Below are positions 1-7,830 of a stretch of DNA of 44,171 nucleotides, in pieces. Position numbers and translations under genes: made by a program. Below the pieces are notes generated by a model. That model ran no database searches, had not been told where the DNA came from, and saw nothing but the letters and a program-made list of their open reading frames with translations. How positions within the stretch are numbered: position 1 is the first letter of the stretch; every line of letters starts with the position of its first letter. Source of the stretch: a virus (lineage: Duplodnaviria > Caudoviricetes); IMG/VR virus record IMGVR_UViG_3300027819_000002, positions 1 to 44,171 of that record; one strand, written 5' to 3'.

Positions 1-127
1 TCCTTCTGCTGGAGAAGGGTTTCAAGTCGGGATACTTTTTGCCAAGTTGCTTCTGCTTTCTCTTTGGGGGTCACGGAGTTCTCCTTATGTGTGTTCTTCA
101 TCCCTGTTCTCCTGTGGGGGGGGAAAA
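1..127. repeat. Terminal direct repeat, copy 1 (127 bp; circular assembly overlap)
   Basis: Identical to 44045-44171; 127 is a common assembler k-mer length. Confidence 0.95.
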
Positions 128-339
128 TAGGGTGAACAATATTTCATTGTCTCATAGGTTTGAATTTCTATTGGCGTAGCCTCACGGCAAATTCCTGCAT
201 TAAACATCCATTCGGGGAAATGGCCTGTCCCTAAAAAGCGGGAATTGCATTTTGTCTTCGCCGCGATGAACCCACCATTTAAAACTTTGTCAAATTCAAA
301 CATCAATCCTCGTGTCGTTACCAGTATGTGTCTGCTCAT
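85..339 (-). CDS. Hypothetical phage protein (start probably MSRHILV)
   Basis: ORF packed between neighbours; AAGGA RBS before ATG 339. Confidence 0.55.
   Translation of the reverse strand: MSRHILVTTRGLMFEFDKVLNGGFIAAKTKCNSRFLGTGHFPEWMFNAGICREATPIEIQTYETMKYCSPYFPPPQENRDEEHT
96..123 (-). repeat. 28-bp RBS/start-codon linker repeat (same locus as 44140-44167; second genomic copy at 43733-43760)
   Basis: cttcatccctgttctcctgtgggggggg; on - strand reads C8-ACAGGAGAACAGGG-ATG-AAG. Confidence 0.85.
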
Positions 340-340
340 G

Positions 341-751
341 TCAAGTCCTTTCCTTTTGGGTGAGGGAAACAATTCTTGATGTCCATTCGCAAAGGTCAAT
401 ATAGATGCTGAATGCAACCTTTTCCCACCAACCTGCATCTTTGGCTTTGGTTACTTTGGATAGGTTTGTTTTGAAAACAATCTTATTCTTTCGCATCCAT
501 TCTTGTGAATGTAACGGGGCGTTTTCAGCCACCTCTCGTATCTCTTGGAGGAGGAGTTCACGGGTGAGAAGGGCTTGCCAAAGCCTGACTATTGGGTCGT
601 CAGAGGAACAGTGGAAACTCTCGCCCAATTCGTGGTTATAAACAACTTCAAAACCACCCCCAGACCTTACATTTGTTGGGTATAACTTAAATCCCACTTC
701 TTTTGCCACCGCTTCTTCTGCAGATTTGAGGGCGGGGGTGGTCATGGGCAA
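341..751 (-). CDS. Hypothetical phage protein
   Basis: 136-aa ORF in the co-directional operon. Confidence 0.65.
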   Translation of the reverse strand: MPMTTPALKSAEEAVAKEVGFKLYPTNVRSGGGFEVVYNHELGESFHCSSDDPIVRLWQALLTRELLLQEIREVAENAPLHSQEWMRKNKIVFKTNLSKVTKAKDAGWWEKVAFSIYIDLCEWTSRIVSLTQKERT

Positions 752-972
752 CTCGCGTTTCTCTTATCTCTTTTGTTCCAGCTATTCACCGCCCATTGTC
801 TCACAAGTACAGCCGGAGAACGTACACCACAATGAATACATATCAGATAATCGGCCTTATATTGATGTCGCTTTTTCTTTTTCCCAATCTGGATGATTCC
901 GCTCCATAATTCCTCTTTCCAAATGATCTTTTTGTATCCGCAAAAAGGGCATGGTTTAATTCCCTTACTCAT
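742..972 (-). CDS. Lar-family (restriction alleviation-like) zinc-ribbon protein
   Basis: IKPCPFCG...CIHCGV...WNKR pattern typical of Lar-like proteins; AGGAG RBS before MSK. Confidence 0.7.
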   Translation of the reverse strand: MSKGIKPCPFCGYKKIIWKEELWSGIIQIGKKKKRHQYKADYLICIHCGVRSPAVLVRQWAVNSWNKRDKRNASCP

Positions 973-991
973 TTTCTTTCTCCTTGTGAAA

Positions 992-1459
992 TCACGCAAA
1001 AACCCTAAATACTTTCACCGCTCCAAAAATTCCCGCTCCAATGGCTAACACGGTTACAGTAAAGCCAATGAAGAACAATATCCCATGTTTCTCTGCGGGT
1101 GGGCACAAAACGGGTGGTGGAGTGTATTTCACATCGGGAGGTTGCGTTTGAACCGTTGCCCTGTTTTTCAGTTTGTTGAAAAGAGCCTGACAACCGACGA
1201 TCACGTTCAGGAGGCTGTCGTTCTTTGATTGCTCTGCGCTTAAGATAACTTGGAATTGAACTTTTGTTTTCTCTGTTTCGGCGGTTATTACATCCTGCCA
1301 ATTTGTGCTGTCGGGTGAAATGGGAATGAACTTCGTTAGCCAAACCGTATCTCTCACGGCTGGAACGGGGATGGCTCTTTCTTCTTGCTTGACGTAGTTT
1401 GAGGTCCCGCAACCGATGAAAGTGAGTGAAAATAAGAAAAGCCATGTTTTAGTTTGCAT
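992..1459 (-). CDS. Lipoprotein with C-terminal TM helix; probable unimolecular spanin
   Basis: Signal peptide with lipobox FIG-C17, Pro-rich linker, C-terminal hydrophobic helix GILFFIGFTVTVLAIGAGIFGAV. Confidence 0.7.
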   Translation of the reverse strand: MQTKTWLFLFSLTFIGCGTSNYVKQEERAIPVPAVRDTVWLTKFIPISPDSTNWQDVITAETEKTKVQFQVILSAEQSKNDSLLNVIVGCQALFNKLKNRATVQTQPPDVKYTPPPVLCPPAEKHGILFFIGFTVTVLAIGAGIFGAVKVFRVFA

Positions 1460-1476
1460 TGGTTTCCTAAAATAAA

Positions 1477-1750
1477 GGGGTGATTGTCGGGGTTTTCAAA
1501 TTCGCAGGCATCGGAATTCGCCTTACTCAAATCTCCGAGAAGTTGTCCCTACGATTTCCCCTACCCGAACACGGTTGACTTGCCGCCATTTTCTGCAATC
1601 ACCCCATTTGAAAGAAATTGCCCCGCCCTGCTCCCCCATTAAGCGTTTCCTGATGAGGGTTGCGCGGGGCAATAAAGGAAGCCCGTTAGGAGAGCTACTC
1701 CCTTCTATCATCTACGGGCGCATACGAGACTATCGGCCTGCTTAGCCGAG
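1477..1750 (-). ncRNA. Candidate structured RNA array downstream of the RNA ligase
   Basis: Closing stems 1477-1486/1596-1605 and 1617-1626/1664-1673 (10 bp each), plus 1681-1686/1714-1719 and 1733-1749; internal G-U pairs favour the - strand. Confidence 0.4.
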
Positions 1751-1793
1751 CGTTTTTTCCATCATGCTTTACCTGCTTCTCGAAGCGTTGATT

Positions 1794-2417
1794 TCAAAAA
1801 TCTCTAGTCTTGAGTTTCACAATCAAACGAAGTCCCTTTTTATCAAAGAGCGTTTCGACGGGACGACCCACAATTCCTTCCGCTGGATATTTTTCGCCGG
1901 TTTGTTCTTTTGCAAGAATCGAATCAAATCCGGTTTTCACCATTTCGATTCCCCGTTCGAGCGTCATGTCGCCAATAAACGGAACGGTTTTTAGGTTGAA
2001 CTTCGAGGCGATGTCTTTCACGTTCTCCCATGCAAGCCACCACTTGCCATCAACCAAAACATCAAAGACTATGAACTGCTTGGTTTTGGAATAGGCTCCA
2101 CCCCTTTGGATTCCAGCACCGTAACCTTCCCCGTATATGACTGCCGGGGAATCACCAAAAGTGTCCCGAAGTTTTTGAATGTCAATCGCTTCGTAGAGAA
2201 GTTGAACAAGGTCTGCTGGAATGTTTGCATTGTCTGTCCGGCCTCCAAGTTTGAGTTTGCCTTCTTGCCATTGAACACGGATATTCGTACCATCTACCTT
2301 CTCGGTGAACTGCCAACTTTTCAAAATCCCATAAACAGGGTTCTTGAGTTTGTCGGGAAATACCTTGCGGGTTTTTTCGTCTCTCTCAAAAAGCGTTTCA
2401 ATCTTTGGATATTCCAT
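1794..2417 (-). CDS. ATP-dependent RNA ligase (stand-alone adenylyltransferase domain)
   Basis: YPKI N-terminus, motif I TEKVDGTN, YGEGYG, FIVFDV, EGIV, C-terminal KLK. Confidence 0.85.
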   Translation of the reverse strand: MEYPKIETLFERDEKTRKVFPDKLKNPVYGILKSWQFTEKVDGTNIRVQWQEGKLKLGGRTDNANIPADLVQLLYEAIDIQKLRDTFGDSPAVIYGEGYGAGIQRGGAYSKTKQFIVFDVLVDGKWWLAWENVKDIASKFNLKTVPFIGDMTLERGIEMVKTGFDSILAKEQTGEKYPAEGIVGRPVETLFDKKGLRLIVKLKTRDF

Positions 2418-2593
2418 TATACTTTCCCCGCTTCTTTAAGTGTGAGCTTTCGTTTATCCCAATCGTATCTTTTGCACCGAGGACACGCTACGGGTTTCGT
2501 TAACTTTGACTCCCACCGATGCGCGCAGAGTTTGCAGTCGTGGGTATGGTGGTTTGCGGCGAAATAGTTGGCTCGTTTCTTCTGTGTCTGCAT
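2417..2593 (-). CDS. 58-aa zinc-ribbon protein (absent from the ORF track), probably leaderless
   Basis: MQTQKKRANYFAANHHTHDCKLCAHRWESKLTKPVACPRCKRYDW...; stop overlaps the ligase ATG (TAATG). Confidence 0.75.
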   Translation of the reverse strand: MQTQKKRANYFAANHHTHDCKLCAHRWESKLTKPVACPRCKRYDWDKRKLTLKEAGKV

Positions 2594-2599
2594 GGATTA

Positions 2600-2628
2600 A
2601 TAATAATACAATCTTTCCCGTTTGTCAA
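2600..2628 (-). promoter_or_regulatory. sigma70-type promoter (leftward)
   Basis: TTGACA-N17-TATTAT on the - strand. Confidence 0.75.
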
Positions 2629-2729
2629 GAGAAATCCTTACAAAACATCGTTTATTTTTGTGCATGTCCTAACCCTTATGCCCTCGGAGTGTGCACGTTA
2701 TTCGTCAACTATAATTATCGCCCTACCCC

Positions 2730-2758
2730 TTGACAAACGCCTCTTTTATCCTTATGTT
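2730..2758 (+). promoter_or_regulatory. sigma70-type promoter (rightward, divergent)
   Basis: TTGACA-N17-TATGTT. Confidence 0.7.
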
Positions 2759-2871
2759 CAATGCGGGGAACATTCAACGGTTTTGTTTCAACGACTCGAC
2801 CCTTTATCCCGACAAGAATGCTTCCCCAAGTTTTCCGGTTTAAGGGGTTTGTCGTTTTAATGGGAGTCTAA

Positions 2872-3060
2872 ATGTTAAAAAATCATAAAATGTCATTTAA
2901 TCACAACGTGCTCTATTGGGGAAAACCAACGGATTTTTCTTTAGCGTGGGTTGGGGTAGCCAAAAACAGCATTGAAATCGTTGCAAGTTGCCGTGTTGCA
3001 GAAAGATTTTATGCCGTATTTGGGATTGAATTTCACGGGAAATCAATAGTTTTGAATTAA
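2872..3060 (+). CDS. Hypothetical protein
   Basis: GGAG RBS; abuts the next ORF. Confidence 0.5.
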   Translation: MLKNHKMSFNHNVLYWGKPTDFSLAWVGVAKNSIEIVASCRVAERFYAVFGIEFHGKSIVLN

Positions 3061-3061
3061 A

Positions 3062-3322
3062 ATGGATGCACTTCTAAAGCATGAGGAGCTTATTAAGGAA
3101 ATCGAAACACATCCGAATTGTGTTTTTGAATCAGGGCTTCTACGCCCAATGCTTGTTGACCTCAAGAGAGAAATCACAAAGCTAAAACAATTGGTTCCCG
3201 CAAAAGAGCGACAACTTTATCCAGCCCTATTTAATTGTTCTTGCCGCCCATGGGAAAAATATCAAGATACAGATTGTGAATATCACGCGAGGGTATTTCC
3301 ACACAATTTTAGTAATGAGTAA
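3062..3322 (+). CDS. Hypothetical protein with C-terminal Cys/His motif
   Basis: CSC...CEYH; operon packing. Confidence 0.6.
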   Translation: MDALLKHEELIKEIETHPNCVFESGLLRPMLVDLKREITKLKQLVPAKERQLYPALFNCSCRPWEKYQDTDCEYHARVFPHNFSNE

Positions 3323-3626
3323 AACGCATGTTCAGAATTGCAAAAAGGGGTTCAGAAACCTGCGTCACTGGCATATAAAGTATAGACGTGCAACCAAAAA
3401 TTTGTCGGCCTCCGTTACTGTTCACCCCAAGAAGCGGTACGCCGTTATTTATGGGTATGGCCAAAACCCCGTCCCCGGGGATTATTTTTTACACGAGGTT
3501 TTACATTGTGCCATACGAGAAGTCGTAAGGATGGACAAAAGAAAGATGAAACAATTACGGCTTGCCGAGGAAAGACTTGTCCAAGATATATGTCAAATCT
3601 TACAAAGGCGATGTTTAAAAAGGTAA
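3315..3626 (+). CDS. Small HExxH metallopeptidase-like protein
   Basis: FLHEVLHC followed by AEERLV, the pattern of phage zincin/ImmA-like proteins. Confidence 0.6.
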   Translation: MSKTHVQNCKKGFRNLRHWHIKYRRATKNLSASVTVHPKKRYAVIYGYGQNPVPGDYFLHEVLHCAIREVVRMDKRKMKQLRLAEERLVQDICQILQRRCLKR

Positions 3627-3943
3627 CCTGTCCGTCGTGTGGTGGCTCTGGTCAGTTTGAACTAATAACCTGCTATACTTGTTTTGGCTCTGGGAAAATC
3701 CCCGCCTTATGGGCAGAGATAAATGAAAATGTAAAAAATAGCACTCTCGGAGAGAAAAAAATGGATAAAAAATCTGTGGATTTTTTATGTACACAGCTTG
3801 AAATAATGTATGCTGTTGAACTGCTTGAATATCACGATAAAAATCTTCTGGCGTTTGATAATAAAAGAAGAAGCGAAGGGCGGCTAGAAACCTTGGTGGC
3901 CTTAATGAAATTTGTTCGCGAAAAACAATTGGGGATAGACTAA
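3611..3943 (+). CDS. Protein with DnaJ-type zinc finger
   Basis: CPSCGGSG...CYTCFGSG (two CxxCxGxG repeats). Confidence 0.6.
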   Translation: MFKKVTCPSCGGSGQFELITCYTCFGSGKIPALWAEINENVKNSTLGEKKMDKKSVDFLCTQLEIMYAVELLEYHDKNLLAFDNKRRSEGRLETLVALMKFVREKQLGID

Positions 3944-3997
3944 AACATTCAACAGCAAACTTAGAAAAAATTCTTTCACGTTCACAAACATAGAGAG

Positions 3998-4251
3998 TGC
4001 GCAGCACAATGAGGGCTTGGTTTACGGAGAACGCGACAGCTTAACCCAAATGGTGTCAAGTTTATGTCGTCGCTTGACATAGTAGGGGCCTAGAACAACC
4101 TGATTGCTGCGCATATTTATCGCGACATATCAACAATCTCCGGGGATAGGTTGACACCTCCGACCCCGCTTGCAACGTCCCAGACTCGCAGGAATGAAAA
4201 TGGCCGTCGAAACGGAACGGCTTCTTCAAAGAGTAAAAGAGATTGTTGATA
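3998..4251 (+). ncRNA. Two tandem candidate structured RNAs (about 116 and 124 nt)
   Basis: Closing stems 3998-4006/4105-4113 and 4128-4140/4239-4251 (13 bp perfect), each with internal hairpins, in a 410-bp gene-poor gap. Confidence 0.45.
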
Positions 4252-4355
4252 ACATACTGGTCTCAAAAACTTCCAAATTGTTTCAAAAGAGTGTGATTTA
4301 AGAGAAATGACTGAAGAGTACAGAGGGTACCTCAAAAGCCGGGAGAGAACATAAA

Positions 4356-4634
4356 ATGAAATGCCAATACCGTGAGAAAAAGCAGGCAACGAAAAGAATC
4401 ATAGACATAGAACAGAACAGACAAAAATTTCTTGAAAGTGATATTTTTAACGATATGGGGTGGACTGATTTAGGTCATAAAATGGCAGAGGCTGAAACGC
4501 TGGAAGACGTTAAAAAAATTGTTTCCCTTATCTGTATTTTGCGAGAATATTACGATGAATATATTTATCCCTACGAATATTCTTTGAAAATCTCCCCAAG
4601 GAAAAAGCCAAAAGAACCATATTGGAAAGATTAA
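4356..4634 (+). CDS. Hypothetical protein
   Basis: 92-aa ORF with GGAG upstream. Confidence 0.6.
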   Translation: MKCQYREKKQATKRIIDIEQNRQKFLESDIFNDMGWTDLGHKMAEAETLEDVKKIVSLICILREYYDEYIYPYEYSLKISPRKKPKEPYWKD

Positions 4635-4738
4635 ATGCCTATGACGCGGCTCAAGCTTGTCATGCTGAGAACTCAATGATTTATGGAATGAATCCCTAAA
4701 TAATGAAGTCCGACAGACAATAAAAATAAGGTAAGCAC

Positions 4739-5062
4739 ATGTTGAGAGAGTACGATGATTTTAATGCAGAGTATGATAAAGAGTTTGAACAGGATTCCTG
4801 TATACCAATAGGGAGAACCAAAATGAATAACCACGGGACATTCACCGAGTTTGAAATGCAATTAAGAAAAATCTTCGTAGATAGCATTGGGTGTCAAAGT
4901 TCTGGATATGCAGGGAGGTATTGGGAACAAGAATTCAAGGAGGAAATATGGGAGATTATGTTAAGAACCAATCGTGATTCTTATGCGCTTGGCAAACAAA
5001 ACGGTGGACTTGATGAAATAAAAACCAACATACTCAAACCAAATAAAGGAGAAACCCCGTGA
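4739..5062 (+). CDS. Hypothetical protein
   Basis: TAAGGT RBS; 107 aa. Confidence 0.6.
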   Translation: MLREYDDFNAEYDKEFEQDSCIPIGRTKMNNHGTFTEFEMQLRKIFVDSIGCQSSGYAGRYWEQEFKEEIWEIMLRTNRDSYALGKQNGGLDEIKTNILKPNKGETP

Positions 5063-5295
5063 GCTGGTCAACGAAGTTTTTGGCAAAAAACAGAGAGGTT
5101 GCAAGGGTAACAATAACCGAACAACAATTGCGTGATGGCTCTTATTTCCCAGAACGTGCAAAAGATGCGTTGATAGCCATTCTGGATACACTGCCACCGG
5201 AAGTTGGTATCAGTGTGGATGCTTCTGGTCATGCAGATTCACACAATGGAAATTGCCGTGTGCAAATTGAAACGGTACGTATTATTGATAAGTAA
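5059..5295 (+). CDS. Hypothetical protein
   Basis: AAGGAG RBS, GTG start overlapping the upstream stop. Confidence 0.7.
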   Translation: MSWSTKFLAKNREVARVTITEQQLRDGSYFPERAKDALIAILDTLPPEVGISVDASGHADSHNGNCRVQIETVRIIDK

Positions 5296-5336
5296 AACCC
5301 CTCAAAATGACACGCTATTCTTGCCCATGAAAAGGC

Positions 5337-5771
5337 TTGGAATTGAAAGAACCAAAGTCGTTGATGCCTGACCCCCGCAGACACCTAATCCAACTCTACC
5401 GAGACTACTTCAAGTCTAAGCGCGGGTTTGACTGTGAGACCCCCTTCGGAGCTATGATGAATATGATGTACCACAAGTTTGAAGTGGTGGATCAGAAAAC
5501 AGGAGAGATTTTTATTGAGGAATACCCTAAAGAAGAGAACTGGTTACGTGAGATTGAGGGGTTCTTTGAAGATGCCTTTGCGTTCAAAACAAATTACTCG
5601 TTCATCTTCTTCCTGAAGGCTTACGGTAAATTCGGACTCCCGCCAAAGAGGAATGTTTTGCAATTACTGAAACAAGTAGGTCAACCCATGCGCTCTGTAA
5701 CCAACCCTAACGAAGCATTCAGATGCAAATCCTGTGGTAACATACATAGCCCGCAATTCAAGTGCCAATGA
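5337..5771 (+). CDS. Hypothetical protein with C-terminal zinc finger (possibly replication-associated)
   Basis: C-terminal CKSCGNIH...C; replication role is a weak inference. Confidence 0.6.
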   Translation: MELKEPKSLMPDPRRHLIQLYRDYFKSKRGFDCETPFGAMMNMMYHKFEVVDQKTGEIFIEEYPKEENWLREIEGFFEDAFAFKTNYSFIFFLKAYGKFGLPPKRNVLQLLKQVGQPMRSVTNPNEAFRCKSCGNIHSPQFKCQ

Positions 5772-5787
5772 TGCAAGGAGATATTGA

Positions 5788-6015
5788 ATGAACTCAATCT
5801 GCTCTAAAATAGAAAAGGCTTATTACGATTATCGCAAAAACAACGTCAAGCCACCGACAACCATTGTTATCAACCTAGCGGATTTCCTTGATTTCCAAGA
5901 CGAGGTTTTAGACTGGGGACACAACCCATTTCAACCCGAAAAACAAAGGTGTTGGCGAAAATTCTCGGGGTGTGGGTTTAAGATTTCCAACGTAAAAAAG
6001 GTGGGGGTTGAATGA
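5788..6015 (+). CDS. Hypothetical protein
   Basis: AGGAG RBS; 75 aa. Confidence 0.6.
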   Translation: MNSICSKIEKAYYDYRKNNVKPPTTIVINLADFLDFQDEVLDWGHNPFQPEKQRCWRKFSGCGFKISNVKKVGVE

Positions 6016-6128
6016 ACTCCATTCCCCTAATTAAACCCTACCTCGGCTCCGCGTTGGCTGTGTTTAATTATTGACAATTTTCTAACTTCTGGCAAAGATG
6101 AATTTTTCTGCAACTATATGGTGGTAAT

Positions 6129-7181
6129 TTGGAAGTAACCTATCTTCGGGTTAGTCCGTTATTACCGGGTGGCGGCTGGACACACACACTTTCGGTAGTC
6201 CAAAATCTCCGCAAACACTTCGAGGTTGATTTTATACATCGTGCCCCGCCTCATCGAATCATTCCATTCTTTACCGAGTTCATAGCTCAATTCCTACTTC
6301 TAAGAAGAGTAAAAACCGAGGTGGTGTACCTAAGACACTCCATTTATTGTATCCTAACCCCATTCTTGGAGTTTTCTATTTTGGAATACAATGGAAGCGA
6401 GGCGTGGGTAAAGAGATATTGGGGAAGGGCGAGAATCCTTCTGCCCCTCGTTTGGTTATGCGAGGCAATCAACATTCACTTTGCGGATAAATTTGTCGTG
6501 GTTTCCGATGTTCTCAAGAAAGAATTGATCGGGCGAGGTATTGGGGAGGAGGACATCCTCATCTGTCCTAACGGGGTTGATACTAACCTGTTCGCACCCA
6601 ACGCGGAGGGGGGATTAGACGCTCGAAGGACTTTGGGGATTTCAACAAGTAGAATTGTGATAGGCTTCTTTGGAACATTCAGGCCTTGGCATGGGGCGGA
6701 AGACTTAGCTTGGGTGTCTGGATTTTTTCGTCATATTTACTTAATGGTGGGTGATGGTGTAATGAAGCCCGTCTTGGAGAAACTGTTTGAAGAATCTCAT
6801 ACAGACGTAAGGTGGGTTGGAATGGTTCAACACTCATTCGTTCCAGACTATATGAACGCTTGTGATATACTGGTATTACCCACCAAGCCAAATAAGGATG
6901 GCTCGGAATTTTTCGGTTCACCGACAAAACTGTTTGAATACATGGCGGTGGGAAAGTGTATAGTTGCCTCTAACGTGGGAGTGAGGGGGATTTTAAGTAA
7001 GGAGAACGCGGTACTCTACAATCCGAAAGACGGGATTTTACTCGCGCTTCAAAGAGCTATTTTTAACGTGAACAGAAAAAAACTTGGCAAGGCGGCAAGA
7101 AAGAGAGCGTTAGATTTTACATGGGAAAAGACCAACAAACCACTGATAGAAATGATTGGAGCGAAACTAAAAAATGGGTGA
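6129..7181 (+). CDS. Glycosyltransferase family 4 (GT-B)
   Basis: FVVVSD, PNGVD, GFFGTFRPWHG, YMNACDILVLP, GSPTKLFEYMAVGKCIVAS. Confidence 0.9.
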   Translation: MEVTYLRVSPLLPGGGWTHTLSVVQNLRKHFEVDFIHRAPPHRIIPFFTEFIAQFLLLRRVKTEVVYLRHSIYCILTPFLEFSILEYNGSEAWVKRYWGRARILLPLVWLCEAINIHFADKFVVVSDVLKKELIGRGIGEEDILICPNGVDTNLFAPNAEGGLDARRTLGISTSRIVIGFFGTFRPWHGAEDLAWVSGFFRHIYLMVGDGVMKPVLEKLFEESHTDVRWVGMVQHSFVPDYMNACDILVLPTKPNKDGSEFFGSPTKLFEYMAVGKCIVASNVGVRGILSKENAVLYNPKDGILLALQRAIFNVNRKKLGKAARKRALDFTWEKTNKPLIEMIGAKLKNG

Positions 7182-7291
7182 TGCTTCCCGTTACACTGAC
7201 AATCCTGTTGCCGTGTTTTATTTATTTTGTGGTGAAGTTTATTGTTGTGGCGCGCATTAAAAGACTTTTTTACAGGAAACACTATTGCTAA
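7181..7291 (+). CDS. 36-aa single-TM peptide (absent from the ORF track)
   Basis: MLPVTLTILLPCFIYFVVKFIVVARIKRLFYRKHYC; start overlaps the GT4 stop. Confidence 0.4.
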   Translation: MLPVTLTILLPCFIYFVVKFIVVARIKRLFYRKHYC

Positions 7292-7359
7292 AAATGAGAC
7301 GGGGAACAAGAGAACGACAACGCATTGTCACATAACTCGCGTAATAACGCAATGTCTAA

Positions 7360-7830
7360 TTAAATGGACATCACAAACAATAGCGTGAGTCCACCTGAAA
7401 ACGGGAACTTGGAGTTTGCATCCAAGGTCCCAACCAACTTCAAGGCGTTGGACTCATCGAAGTGAATCTGAGTGAAGACTGCTAAGGTAGGATAGAAGCT
7501 AACGCGGTTGACAACATTCAAGAAACTTGAATCTACAAGTTGTAAACCGTGATTTGTAAGTTGTAATCCAAAGCCACCACCCACCCCATATCGCCACCGA
7601 GAACCAAGAAACTCGAATTCCTCTCTCGCGTAAGTTCTCCACGTAAAAGCATATTCTTCCGTTCCTTCATCCGTGTAGAACCTTATCGGATGAGCGTAGA
7701 CCGAAACCGTCTGGAAGGCATAGGTCTGATATGTCCTTCTTTCAAGGATAAATTCATGTAAAATTGAACTCCTTTCAAGATCAATTCCTAAAGATAAACC
7801 CGTTAAGGAAAGCCCCAGAAGAAGGTGCAT
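7360..7830 (-). CDS. Putative small outer-membrane beta-barrel protein
   Basis: Hydrophobic N-terminus; amphipathic strands (WRYGVGGGFGLQL, LAVFTQIHF, FSGGLTLLF). Confidence 0.5.
   Translation of the reverse strand: MHLLLGLSLTGLSLGIDLERSSILHEFILERRTYQTYAFQTVSVYAHPIRFYTDEGTEEYAFTWRTYAREEFEFLGSRWRYGVGGGFGLQLTNHGLQLVDSSFLNVVNRVSFYPTLAVFTQIHFDESNALKLVGTLDANSKFPFSGGLTLLFVMSI

Noticed and set aside
1-127. Biological direct terminal repeat of the virion DNA
   Set aside because: The length equals a common assembler k-mer and the break falls inside coding sequence, so it is more likely circular-contig overlap
1005-1445. Embedded out-of-frame ORF as an Rz1-like o-spanin
   Set aside because: No lipobox or signal peptide; the host ORF already has u-spanin topology
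1477-1605. Canonical tRNA gene
   Set aside because: Too long, and lacks a TTCRA T-loop, a clear anticodon arm and CCA; kept only as an ncRNA candidate
1650-1690. Hammerhead ribozyme core (CTGATGAG)
   Set aside because: No correctly placed stem II-CGAAA and no stem I/III pairing found
1523-1711. 62-aa ORF
   Set aside because: No RBS or protein-like features; overlaps the hairpin array
6071-6100. TTGACA promoter for the glycosyltransferase
   Set aside because: No credible -10 at 16-18 nt spacing
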